Positions 19,746 to 29,204 of a stretch of DNA of 64,000 nt are shown piece by piece. The DNA comes from an uncultured delta proteobacterium (GTDB taxonomy: Bacteria; Desulfobacterota; Zymogenia; Zymogenales; Zymogenaceae), in assembly GCA_963792965.1 (NCBI GenBank), contig CAWBYW010000004.1:128001-192000 (forward strand). Direction: 5' to 3'. Numbering within the stretch: position 1 is the stretch's first letter; the number at the start of each line of letters is the position of its first letter. Both the position numbers and the translations under genes were made by a program. The notes beneath the pieces are model-generated. The model saw only the letters and a program-made list of their open reading frames with translations, was not told the origin of the DNA and did not search any database.

Positions 19746-21309
19746 TCAGTGTCTGAAATGGCGTCTTCCCGGTAAAGACCATGGCGATATCGTGAAGATC
19801 CGCCGTTTTGATCGCGTCTTCGTCCTTGATGCTCCCCCCGGGCTGGGCGATGGCGGTGACGCCGGCGGCCGCGGCCGCCTCGATGCCGTCGGGTTGGGGG
19901 AAGAAGGCATCCGAGGCCAGGACGCACCCCTCGGTCGGAAATTGCGCCTTCATCTTTGCGATGTTCACCGAGTCGACCCGGCTCATCTGGCCCGCGCCGA
20001 CGCCGACGAGCATATTTTCCGTCGCAAACACGATGGCGTTTGATTTGATATGCTTGACGACCTTCCATGCAAAGGTGAGGGCATCCATCTCCTTCTTGGT
20101 GGGTGGGCGCTTCGTCACTACCTTTGCTTCTCCAAGCGACATATCGACGGCGTCCCAGTCCTGCACGAGAAGCCCGCCGTGTACGCGCCGGAGATTATAT
20201 GACGCCCCGTCGCCGGGGCTCCCCATAGGGACGATGATGAGCCTGAGGTTCTTCTTCGCCGCCAGGATATCCAGCGCCCCCGGCGTAAAGCCGGGCGCGA
20301 CGATCACCTCCAGGAAGGTTTCGGCAAGGCTGTCGGCCGTGTCCTGATCGATCTCGCGGTTTAACGCGACGATGCCGCCGAAGGCCGAGATCGGATCGGT
20401 CCGGCGCGCCATCTTGTAGGTCTCGGCCAGCGTTTTACCGCCGACGGCCACCCCGCAGGGATTGGCGTGCTTGATGATCGCCGCCGCCGGCTCACTGAAT
20501 TCCCGCACCACGTCGATGGCGGCGTCCGTGTCCATGATGTTGTTGTATGAGAGCTCCTTTCCCTGGAGAACCCGGGCATGGGGAAGCGTGTTCGGATACT
20601 CGGCGGAGTCCCGATAGAAGGCGGCTCGCTGATGGGGGTTTTCGCCGTACCTGAGACCGTACAGCTTTCTGAACTGAAGGGTCAGGCTCTCGGGGAAACG
20701 CGCGCGCTCATCGTTCTCGTCCAGCGACGTCAGATAGTTCGAAATGGCCGCGTCGTAGGCCGCCGTCCGCACGAAGACCTTCTTGGCGAGGGAAAAGTTC
20801 GTTTCCTCGCTCACCTCTCCCTTGCTTTTTTCCATCTCCCTGATGATGACGCGATAATCGGAGGGGTCGACGATCACCGTCACGTATTTGTAGTTCTTCG
20901 CGGCGGCACGGATCATCGTCGGGCCGCCGATGTCGATATTTTCTATCGCCTGGGCCAATGTCACATCCGGCCTCGCTATCGTCTCTTCAAAGGGGTAGAG
21001 ATTTACCACCACCAGATCTATGGGCGTGATACCGTACTCGGCCATCTTCTTGACGTGCTCGGGGTTATCCCGAACCGCCAGCAGGCCGCCGTGCACCTTG
21101 GGGTGAAGGGTTTTCAGCCTTCCGTCCATCATCTCCGGGAAACCGGTATATTCGGATATATCGGTAACGGCGAGGCCCCCCTCGGCCAGGAGCTTTTTTG
21201 TTCCTCCGGTGGAGATAAACGAAACGCCCATCGATGCCAGCTTCTTGGAAAATTCGAGAACTCCGGCTTTATCCGATACGCTGATAAGAGCCGTCTTGAT
21301 CTTCCCCAT
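19746..21309 (-). CDS. purH: bifunctional AICAR transformylase/IMP cyclohydrolase with a +1 base near the C-terminus
   Basis: ALISVSDK, KTLHP, IDIGGP, LRYGENPHQ, SDAFFP; removing one base near 19765 restores the canonical FTG.RHFRH* end. Confidence 0.97.
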
Positions 21310-21440
21310 AGAGAAACCTCCGTATCCGTCTCAGCTAAGTGTAGTCATGTCCAATAATGGGAAAGCAGCGTGAAACTCCACTACAGGACGAAATCGATTA
21401 TTGGCTTTATAACAATTCCTCCCGATAAAATCAACTCTTT

Positions 21441-22700
21441 TCATGTCTTTGATTCTCTCGTGATCTTTACCATCATGCGCACGGTGATTCCCCCGAGGAC
21501 CGCGATCATCAAGACGATCGCCCCCCAGAGGATCCAGGGGTACCGCTCGGTGAAAGGGAGCTCGGCCCCGGGGATATATCCGGGGTTGCGAACGATCGCC
21601 CCGAGCGTTACCGGAATTATCGAATTCCTGTCGATATAGGAAAAGAGCTCTTCGATATCATATGACGGGGCCTTGGCCCTCGGGTTGCCGAAGTAGAGGA
21701 TATAGTCCTGGCCGGGTTGGGAAGAAAAGGTGATCTTTCGAGGCACGCCGCCGACGGAGACGTCGGTGATTGCAAGGGGCGGGTCATTCTCGTTTTGGAT
21801 GATGAGCTTGAGGTAGCGGGCCTGAAGCTCGGGGTACTCGACGACGGTGCTGACGCGCCCGAAGCGGGGCGTGGTGATGTCATAGATGGTGGATACATAG
21901 TCCCCGGTGTATTTTGTGGGATCGTCCACGTTTGATGAGAGTACCCTTACCTCCCGCTTGAAGTTTTTGTCCGGTATGGAAAAAGCGACTGAAGATGAGG
22001 GAAGGTTCTTGAAGGAGAGGTCAATGGTGATCTCGGTGGTATTTGACGATTTTTTCTCCTCCTTCCTCATGAAGCTCGGCAGCACCACCGATTCCCCCTT
22101 GTTATCACTGGCAAGGTAGATATCGCCCCCCGGATCGAGGAGTGGCTGCCCTCCGTCGTCCCATATGGTGACCTTCAGGTAGCGGTAATCCGTCGTCGGG
22201 TAGGAGACGGTGAGGTTCTTAATCTTGTGCTCGCCGGTGAGGTCGAATATATAGTCGTCCTTCTTGAGGACAAAAAATGTCTTGTTGTCGGGTGATCCCT
22301 CGATCGTGACGCGACGCACGAAATCGGTGCTCTTGGTGGTGATGACGATGCTGTTTGTCCTGATGCCGCTGTCTCCGATATCGAGCGTGAAGGTCGTATA
22401 GCTCTGGGGGATATATGAGGTATTGAGCGTCTGGGTCTCAATCTTCTTCCTTTCGCTCGTCTTGGTGTTGCTCCAGATTACGTAGGGGACCTCTTTATTG
22501 TCCTTCGTAACGATCCTGAGGTCGGAGAGCGAAGGGTTGGCCTTATCGTAGACTTGCGGGGGAATATTGAAAAAGACGTAGCCGGGCGATGTGCCCTGTA
22601 CGGGCGCGGTAAAGCGGTAGGGTGCGGTATCGAGGGCGGACACAATGCCGGGGAACATCAACGCCGCGGCGGCGATAACCACTATACTATTTCTTTTCAT
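21441..22700 (-). CDS. DUF3999-like exported protein with C-terminal membrane anchor
   Basis: Signal peptide, LSDLRI...EVPY, two RYLK..I.N.D.PL repeats, LYFGNP.A.APSYD, C-terminal TM. Confidence 0.7.
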   Translation of the reverse strand: MKRNSIVVIAAAALMFPGIVSALDTAPYRFTAPVQGTSPGYVFFNIPPQVYDKANPSLSDLRIVTKDNKEVPYVIWSNTKTSERKKIETQTLNTSYIPQSYTTFTLDIGDSGIRTNSIVITTKSTDFVRRVTIEGSPDNKTFFVLKKDDYIFDLTGEHKIKNLTVSYPTTDYRYLKVTIWDDGGQPLLDPGGDIYLASDNKGESVVLPSFMRKEEKKSSNTTEITIDLSFKNLPSSSVAFSIPDKNFKREVRVLSSNVDDPTKYTGDYVSTIYDITTPRFGRVSTVVEYPELQARYLKLIIQNENDPPLAITDVSVGGVPRKITFSSQPGQDYILYFGNPRAKAPSYDIEELFSYIDRNSIIPVTLGAIVRNPGYIPGAELPFTERYPWILWGAIVLMIAVLGGITVRMMVKITRESKT

Positions 22701-24531
22701 CTCTTTGCTCCTGCTTTTCTCCGATCACGGCGCCGATGATCTGCTGTCTGAAGCGGGTATAGAGGAACGATACCGCAAGCAGGATGATCCCCAACCCGAT
22801 AAACGAGATTATCCGATAGATGTTCTCAAGCTGCGACAGGTCAAAGATGAAGACCTTGAATATCGTGATGAAGAAGAGGGCGATGGCAAACAGACGCGAC
22901 GGCGCATGTTTCTTGATGAATCCGATGACGGTCAATGCCACCGAATAGGTCGCCCAGATGCCGGACAGCGAGAGCTTCTGGGCGTAAAGGTATTTATTGT
23001 AGAGGCCCATATACGCCTCGTAGGTGGGGAAGGCGGCCGTCTGCGTCTGGAGCCTGGCCAGCGGAACGGCGAAGTAATCGAATGCCTCGATGGACAGGGC
23101 GATCAGCAGGATAACATGGGCGGCCACAAAAAAGGTAATCGATCCCGCCTGCGCATACGAGGCCTCCCTTCTCTTATGGATGAAGTATGCCGAAAGGAAG
23201 GTCGATGCCGCGACCACGAGGGCCGTGAGAAAGCGCTCGTTGAAAAACGAGCGAAAACCGGGCTGAAAGATATCGATGGAAAGGTCCGAAAAGAGGAGCT
23301 TTCCGATGGCGACAACGAGAAGCCCTGCCCCCGCAAGGAGTATACCGCCGCTGTCTGTCTTCGTGCCGATCCAGATCAGTGCGGCGGCGAGCACCGCCCA
23401 GCCCACCGTGATCCAGTTCTTTTCAAGCTGAATAGGGACCATGATGACCAGAAACGCCAGCGCCACGGCCATGAAGGTGAGCGTAAGCCGGGTTTCGGCC
23501 TTGAGCCTTTTATAGGCGATCAGGGAAAGGCCGAGGTAGAAGAAGGCCATGACGCCGGAAAAGAGCCCCATCCAGTCGGGGAATTGATCCCGGAGGTTGT
23601 AGTAGCTGGCCGTGAAGAAACTCGAAGCGACCAGTCCCACGAAGATGAGGTCAAAGACACCCGTTACTTCCTTATGGATGACATTATAGAAGATCGAAAC
23701 GGAGACGAAGATGAGAAAGAAGATTACCAGGAAGAGCTGGGTGGTCGCGTACGGTATCGGCTCTATCGAGTAGAACTTCCCGGCCCACGCGGCAAAGATG
23801 GCGAAGGTGGCGATGAAGGCCACGACATTGAGCCACTTCCAGTTTTTGAAATAGGCGACGGCAAGCACGCCGAGGTCCAGTATGGTGACGTAGGTAAGGA
23901 GCGCCGCCTGCTTGTTCTCTCCCGTCGAGAGGAGGATCGGGTTGAGGTAGCCCCCCAAAAACCCGATGAAAGCGATGGACGACGCATTATGCCTGACCGA
24001 GAGGATGACGGCAAAGAGGGTCACCACGATAAAGAGTATCCTCCCTGCATCCATAGGGATGATCTCGTAAAAGCTTGTGCCGGCAAAGAGGGCAAGGAAG
24101 AGGATGGCGATCCCGCCGCCCGCCAAGCCTTGTGAATAGTATTTATACTTATTCTTCCAGAACTCTCCCCAGCCGATGAAGACGAGACCCACCAGCATTC
24201 CAAGGACGACTCGTCCCGTCGGGCCGATCCAGTTGTTCTCGAAGGCATACTTGATGAAAAATCCCATCCCGATGACGACGGCCACTATTCCGATATAGTT
24301 GAGCCATTTCCCGCCGATTTTGGCCTCGAGCTCCTTCCTGTCCGTGGGCGGCTTCTTAGCCACGGCTTCTCTCGGTGGTGGGGGGGGCGGGGCGGTCTCT
24401 GTGGGGGCGGCGGGCTCGTTGCCCTGTTCGAGGACCTGAAGACGGACTCTCAGATTCGATACGTCCTTCTTGATGGCCTCCAGCTCCGTAAGAACCCGAT
24501 CAATTTTCTTGTCGGGATCATCACCTCTCAT
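22687..24531 (-). CDS. DUF2339 polytopic membrane protein
   Basis: LEAKIGGKWLNYIG, F.KYAFENNWIGP.GRV, KVF.FDLS.L...RIISFIGLG. Confidence 0.85.
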   Translation of the reverse strand: MRGDDPDKKIDRVLTELEAIKKDVSNLRVRLQVLEQGNEPAAPTETAPPPPPPREAVAKKPPTDRKELEAKIGGKWLNYIGIVAVVIGMGFFIKYAFENNWIGPTGRVVLGMLVGLVFIGWGEFWKNKYKYYSQGLAGGGIAILFLALFAGTSFYEIIPMDAGRILFIVVTLFAVILSVRHNASSIAFIGFLGGYLNPILLSTGENKQAALLTYVTILDLGVLAVAYFKNWKWLNVVAFIATFAIFAAWAGKFYSIEPIPYATTQLFLVIFFLIFVSVSIFYNVIHKEVTGVFDLIFVGLVASSFFTASYYNLRDQFPDWMGLFSGVMAFFYLGLSLIAYKRLKAETRLTLTFMAVALAFLVIMVPIQLEKNWITVGWAVLAAALIWIGTKTDSGGILLAGAGLLVVAIGKLLFSDLSIDIFQPGFRSFFNERFLTALVVAASTFLSAYFIHKRREASYAQAGSITFFVAAHVILLIALSIEAFDYFAVPLARLQTQTAAFPTYEAYMGLYNKYLYAQKLSLSGIWATYSVALTVIGFIKKHAPSRLFAIALFFITIFKVFIFDLSQLENIYRIISFIGLGIILLAVSFLYTRFRQQIIGAVIGEKQEQRDEKK

Positions 24532-26135
24532 GGCTTGGACTCCTCAAACGAAAGACTATTGATAAAAAGGTCGGCAAATCGTTTGTCGGACGAGAGCTCG
24601 ATATAATGAACCCGGTCGGCGAGCCCTTCAATCTGGGTACGCGCCCGATCGGAGAGGGCCGCATCGGTCGCCCCCGTGAGGGCCGCGTCGCCCACGAAGG
24701 CGATCTTATCCAGCAAGGACTCCGGCAGGAGCCCGACGCCGACGATGCTCGTTCTTTTGAGGTAGTTTCCGAAGGCGCCGGCGATCAGCACCCGATCGAT
24801 ATCCCCCCAGCCGATCCCCATCTCGTCAAGGAGAATCCTGACGCCCGAGTGGATCGCCCCCTTGGCAAGCTGGATCTCGCGGATGTCCTTCTGGGTGATC
24901 CCGACCGTGGTCTTCTTGTCGGCGAAGAGGGCAAATTCGGTGACCCCGTCACTCTTCCTGACCCGATCGCGGAGGTGCGGGGACGTGCTATTGTCCACGA
25001 TCCTCCCCTTGGGGTCGATCAGATGGGATTTTTTCATCTGTGCCACGGCGTCGATCAGACCTGAGCCGCAAATGCCGCGGGGTCTTCCGTTTCCCTTCAC
25101 GGAAATCTTCACCGTATCATTGTCGATCACGACCCCCTCTATGGCCCCGACGTCGGCCCTCATCCCGTCCCTGATGTGGGCCCCCTCGAATGCGGGGCCG
25201 GCTGCGGTCGAACACGAGAGGAGCCGCCGGCGGTTTCCCAGGACGATTTCACCGTTTGTCCCGATATCTATCCCGAGGATCGCTTCGTCGGATTCGTGTA
25301 TCTTCGCAGACCAGATGAAGGCGAGTGTGTCTCCGCCCACGTATCCCGAGAGGACCGGGAATACCCATGCGCGAGCCCTCGGTGCAAGCGAAATACCGAG
25401 GTCTTCGGCGGCCGCTTCCTGGGCGCCTCGAAAGGAAGGCGTGAAGGGAGCAAAGGCGATCGGCGAGGGGTCTATCCCGAGAAAAAGGTGCTCCATCGTC
25501 GGGTTTCCCGCAAGGGTCATGCCCTCGATCGCCGCCGTCGTCGTGCCGATCCGGGCCGTGAGCTTGACGGCCAGGTCGTATATCGCACCGGCCGCGAGGG
25601 CCTGCTGGCGGGCGAGCGCCTTGTTGTCTGCGATGACGGCGTTGATACGGGAGATTACGTCGGCGCCGAAGGAGGCCTGGGGGTTGAGAACGGACCCAAG
25701 GGCAAGGACTTCCTGCGTCGTGCGGTCGGTCAGGGCGGCCGCGATACTCGTTGTGCCGAGGTCGACCGCCAAAAAGAGGGGCCCGAAGGGTCCGGAAGAC
25801 TTGGAGAGAACCCTGACCTCCTCCCACCCCTTTCCCGTACCGGCCACGCGGGAACCGGGAGGAATCTCAATGGTCATGTCACCGGCAACTATGAGCCGGC
25901 AGGCAAGCCTCATCCCCTCGGCGAGGGCCGCCTGGGACAGGAATTTTCTCTCTTCGGGCGTTGGGTCGGCGGCCCCTTTGGTCACCCTCACGACGCATTT
26001 GCCGCAGCGTCCCTGGCCGCCGCAAGGGAAATTGACGAGAATGCCGCTCTCTCCCATGACCGCGGCCAACGACTCCCCCGCTTCTCCGGTGAAATGTAAT
26101 CGCTCGGGGAGAATCGTGACCCTATGTCGTGCCAT
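24528..26135 (-). CDS. ASKHA ATPase with [2Fe-2S] domain, RACo-type reductive activator of corrinoid proteins (DUF4445)
   Basis: CGGQGRCGKC..RLAC, DLGTT, GYVGGD, DIGTNGE, AAGPAFEG, GICGSG, QKDIREIQLAK, AGAFG. Confidence 0.9.
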   Translation of the reverse strand: MARHRVTILPERLHFTGEAGESLAAVMGESGILVNFPCGGQGRCGKCVVRVTKGAADPTPEERKFLSQAALAEGMRLACRLIVAGDMTIEIPPGSRVAGTGKGWEEVRVLSKSSGPFGPLFLAVDLGTTSIAAALTDRTTQEVLALGSVLNPQASFGADVISRINAVIADNKALARQQALAAGAIYDLAVKLTARIGTTTAAIEGMTLAGNPTMEHLFLGIDPSPIAFAPFTPSFRGAQEAAAEDLGISLAPRARAWVFPVLSGYVGGDTLAFIWSAKIHESDEAILGIDIGTNGEIVLGNRRRLLSCSTAAGPAFEGAHIRDGMRADVGAIEGVVIDNDTVKISVKGNGRPRGICGSGLIDAVAQMKKSHLIDPKGRIVDNSTSPHLRDRVRKSDGVTEFALFADKKTTVGITQKDIREIQLAKGAIHSGVRILLDEMGIGWGDIDRVLIAGAFGNYLKRTSIVGVGLLPESLLDKIAFVGDAALTGATDAALSDRARTQIEGLADRVHYIELSSDKRFADLFINSLSFEESKP

Positions 26136-27457
26136 TAACGCTTACGTTCCTTAAAGTAGAAGGGGGCCTCGATCGTCTCAATCCCGTCCTTAATCTTCTT
26201 GATGTACAGATGGTGGAGGATCTTCGTGACCGTATCCCCCTCGGCGGTGGTATCCTTACGGTACACCTCGAACAGTGGGAGCCAGTTGCGCTTGAACCCG
26301 TCGTCATAAAGGGGCAGGGGATAGAGAAGGGCGGTCGATTCCTCGCCGGATTTTAGCATTCTCCGGTCGTAGGCGGGGAAAAGGTATATCCAGAGTTCTT
26401 GGCTGCCGTCCGCGTATTTCGTTTCTATGTATTTGTCAATAAGCATGAAGCGGTGGCTATCTTCATTCATTTTGGGAGAGGTAAAATGTCCCTCGGTATA
26501 GATCGGATAGAAGAAATACCGACTCTCGTCGACACTATCGTTTTGGGTGGTCACCCGCTTTCGGTAAAAAGGTGCGAATTGCGTGAGGGAAAGAGTATCC
26601 GATCGGGCGATGGCCACAAAGGGCCACGGCATGTCGATCCGTCGGTAGTTGGTGTCCTTATCGTAAGAGACGGAGAAGAGAGGCCAGAGGTACGATGTCG
26701 ACCAGGAGTGGGGAGTCTGGCGGTGCGCGTAAAAGGGGATGAAAAGGGTGTCGGTCATCGGGGAGTCGGTATTAAGATATCTTCCCCGGAACGTGACCAG
26801 GGGGAAGAGATAGAACGTCTTGTAGTTTACCCCGGTCTCCTCCTCGTGTCCCCACAGGGGGAAGACCCTCATCCCCCAGCCGTTTGCCCCCGTGGTCTTC
26901 TTGAAGACGGGCCAGAGGACGCTGTGGGAGACAAACCCGTCTTCCTTCGTCCGGGAGTAGACCGGCCACAACAGGAACATGATTTCATCCTTGCCGAAAC
27001 GGTGCTTTACCGTGCCGTATAAGGGGAAGAGGCCGCCGTAAGACTCTCCTTCCTCCGAAGTCCCCCAATAGAGGGGGAAATAGTCGCTGGAGGTCCGGGT
27101 CTTATTCGGGTAGATGTCGTCGGTTTGTTCCTTGATGAGGGGCACAAGCATGAATTTCTTATCTTGCCCATTTTTCTTGAACTTCATGAGGGGGTAGAGG
27201 ATATCGATAACCGTGGAATCGGCCGAGGTGTCCTTTACGATCGAGAAGAGGGGTCGAATAGAGAACTCACTCTTTCCCTCCTTAGACCGGTGATAGTAGG
27301 CCAAGGGGGTAAGAATAGAGACTGTTTTCGTGCCTTCCTTTTCATCCTCGTTATAGTAGACAAAAGGCCAGACGTTGAGGTGTTTCCCTCCGGGATAGGC
27401 GCACGTCGAGGTGAACAACAAAATGACGCCGAGACAGAGAATTGCCGCTCGCTTCAT
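26135..27457 (-). CDS. exported hypothetical protein with about 20 hydrophobic-Pro-hydrophobic repeats
   Basis: Signal peptide ending in Cys; repeated units VWPF, LTPL, IRPL, LYPL, YFPL, LWPV, FIPF, PWPF and similar. Confidence 0.75.
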   Translation of the reverse strand: MKRAAILCLGVILLFTSTCAYPGGKHLNVWPFVYYNEDEKEGTKTVSILTPLAYYHRSKEGKSEFSIRPLFSIVKDTSADSTVIDILYPLMKFKKNGQDKKFMLVPLIKEQTDDIYPNKTRTSSDYFPLYWGTSEEGESYGGLFPLYGTVKHRFGKDEIMFLLWPVYSRTKEDGFVSHSVLWPVFKKTTGANGWGMRVFPLWGHEEETGVNYKTFYLFPLVTFRGRYLNTDSPMTDTLFIPFYAHRQTPHSWSTSYLWPLFSVSYDKDTNYRRIDMPWPFVAIARSDTLSLTQFAPFYRKRVTTQNDSVDESRYFFYPIYTEGHFTSPKMNEDSHRFMLIDKYIETKYADGSQELWIYLFPAYDRRMLKSGEESTALLYPLPLYDDGFKRNWLPLFEVYRKDTTAEGDTVTKILHHLYIKKIKDGIETIEAPFYFKERKR

Positions 27458-27638
27458 GCTAAACCCTTATACCCCCGCCGGGGAAGATGAATATCGGACG
27501 ATCCACTCAAACCTTCATACCGCCGGCAGCCTCCCCGAAGACCGGTGATTTCATGAACGGTGACCGGCGGCTCGCACCTACATTTTTTGGCCGGGTCACG
27601 GGGGGAAGTCAGGGGTTTTCCCGTGCCCGGCCTTTAGC

Positions 27639-28424
27639 CTAAAAAACCAGGCTGAAGATGGTGGACAGAACGGTGATGGGAGTCATTTCCTCGATTCCCT
27701 CCGCAGCCTTCTTGGCCTCCCGCATGGTGTTGGTCGACTCGTTATAGAGACTGTCATCCTTGACGAGTTTCCCGAGGGTCCCCTCGCCCTTGTTGACCTT
27801 GTTTGCCATATTCTTCACGTCAGTATAGAGCGTATCGTCGTTCATCAGTTTACCGAGCGTGCCTTCTCCGCGGTTGAGCTTGGCCGTGATGTTCGACAGG
27901 TTGCCCGTGGTATCCTTCATGTTGGCCACGATCGCCTTAAGGTCTTTCTTGCCTTCCTCGCTGCCGAGGACATCCTCGAGGCTCGAGGTTATCTTCTGAA
28001 CGCTCATCAGCACATCGCCCAGATCGGCCTCCGCGATCGAATTGGTGATGGTGTCTCCGTTGGCCAGTGTACCGCTGGCGGGTGTCCCGGGAAGAATCAT
28101 GACGTACTTATCTCCGAGAGCACCGAAGGTCTTGAGCTCGATGCTGGCGTCCCTATAGATGACGGTATTGGGGTAGATGGTCATGGAGATCTTCGCCTTC
28201 TCGCCTGCCAGCGTAATCTGGTCCACTTCCCCGACCTCGACGCCGGCGATGCGCACGGAACCCCCCGGGTTGAGGCCGGCGACATCGGAGAATTCCGCGT
28301 AGAGGGTATAGCCGTGCCCTTTCGTCAGGCGGTATTGGCCGATAAAGAGGGTAATGAGACCGATAATGGCAATGGCCGTAAGAACAAACAGCCCAACCTT
28401 CAATTCTAATGATCGATCGCTCAT
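27639..28424 (-). CDS. mlaD: MCE-domain protein, MlaD-like, with a long helical tail
   Basis: ELKVGLFV TM, F.DVAGL..G.SVRIAGVEVGEV, LGDKYV.I.PG; two GEGTLGKL..DD.LY repeats. Confidence 0.88.
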   Translation of the reverse strand: MSDRSLELKVGLFVLTAIAIIGLITLFIGQYRLTKGHGYTLYAEFSDVAGLNPGGSVRIAGVEVGEVDQITLAGEKAKISMTIYPNTVIYRDASIELKTFGALGDKYVMILPGTPASGTLANGDTITNSIAEADLGDVLMSVQKITSSLEDVLGSEEGKKDLKAIVANMKDTTGNLSNITAKLNRGEGTLGKLMNDDTLYTDVKNMANKVNKGEGTLGKLVKDDSLYNESTNTMREAKKAAEGIEEMTPITVLSTIFSLVF

Positions 28425-28443
28425 AGTTTACCTCCCCTTTTTA

Positions 28444-29187
28444 TTACCCATGTGTCGCCTCGTTGAGATCGCCTGCAATGTACCCCGCGATGAGAGGATC
28501 CTTCGACGCCTTGAACTGAGCGGGCGTTCCCTCCGCATAGATCTTCCCTTTGTAGAGCATAGCGATCTTGTCGGCCACGGCAAGGGTGAACTTTATATTA
28601 TGACTGATGATGACGTAGGTTATCCTCTTGGTTTTGTGCGTGTCGCGTATCAGATCCGTGATGGAGTTCTCCGTGATCGGGTCAAGCCCCGACGTCGGCT
28701 CGTCGAAGAGGACGACCTTCGGATCGGTTACGAGCGCCCGGGCAAGCGCCGCCCGTTTTTTCATTCCGCCCGATAGCTCCGAGGGCATCTTTTCTTCCAT
28801 CCCCGTCAACCCGACCTCCTTTATCAGGAGGTCTACCCGCGGCTTGATCTGTTTCATGGGAAGCCGCTCTCGCTCGGTCAGGGGAAAGGCGATGTTATCC
28901 CAGACGTCGAGCGAGTCAAAGAGCGCTCCTTCCTGGAACAGCATGCCGAAGTGAACCCTGATCTTATTGAGGTCCTTTTCCTGCATGGCGCTGATCTCGT
29001 CGCCGTCGACGAAGATCTTGCCGCTGTCGGGTTTCATGAGCCCGATGAGGTGTTTTAGGAGGACCGATTTGCCGGCGCCGCTCCTGCCGAGTATTACGGT
29101 GATCTCGCCGTCGCGTATCGTGAGGTTTATTCCGCCCAGCGCCTCCTCGGCGCCAAAGGATTTGTGAAGGTCAACAATCTTGATCAT
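28444..29187 (-). CDS. mlaF: ABC ATPase, MlaF-like
   Basis: GRSGAGKS, LFQEGALFDS, ELSGGMKKR, DEPTSGLDP; start at MIKIVD. Confidence 0.92.
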   Translation of the reverse strand: MIKIVDLHKSFGAEEALGGINLTIRDGEITVILGRSGAGKSVLLKHLIGLMKPDSGKIFVDGDEISAMQEKDLNKIRVHFGMLFQEGALFDSLDVWDNIAFPLTERERLPMKQIKPRVDLLIKEVGLTGMEEKMPSELSGGMKKRAALARALVTDPKVVLFDEPTSGLDPITENSITDLIRDTHKTKRITYVIISHNIKFTLAVADKIAMLYKGKIYAEGTPAQFKASKDPLIAGYIAGDLNEATHG

Positions 29188-29204
29188 GGATACGACTGCC
29201 CTCC

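Noticed and set aside
18382-21309. purD and purH as pseudogenes or programmed frameshifts
   Set aside because: The indels mostly lack slippery context and match the window-wide error pattern; the proteins are otherwise intact.
22645-24135. 496-aa plus-strand ORF, and other long antisense ORFs such as 59168-61072, 24862-26154, 45217-46506 and 9779-11170
   Set aside because: Each lies opposite a well-supported gene and has no recognisable motifs; typical shadow ORFs of GC-rich codon usage.
27589-27632. Hairpin with core GGGAAA(A)CCC(C)TGACT(T)CCC also seen at 37565-37590
   Set aside because: Only two imperfect copies with different arms; not enough to call a REP family.
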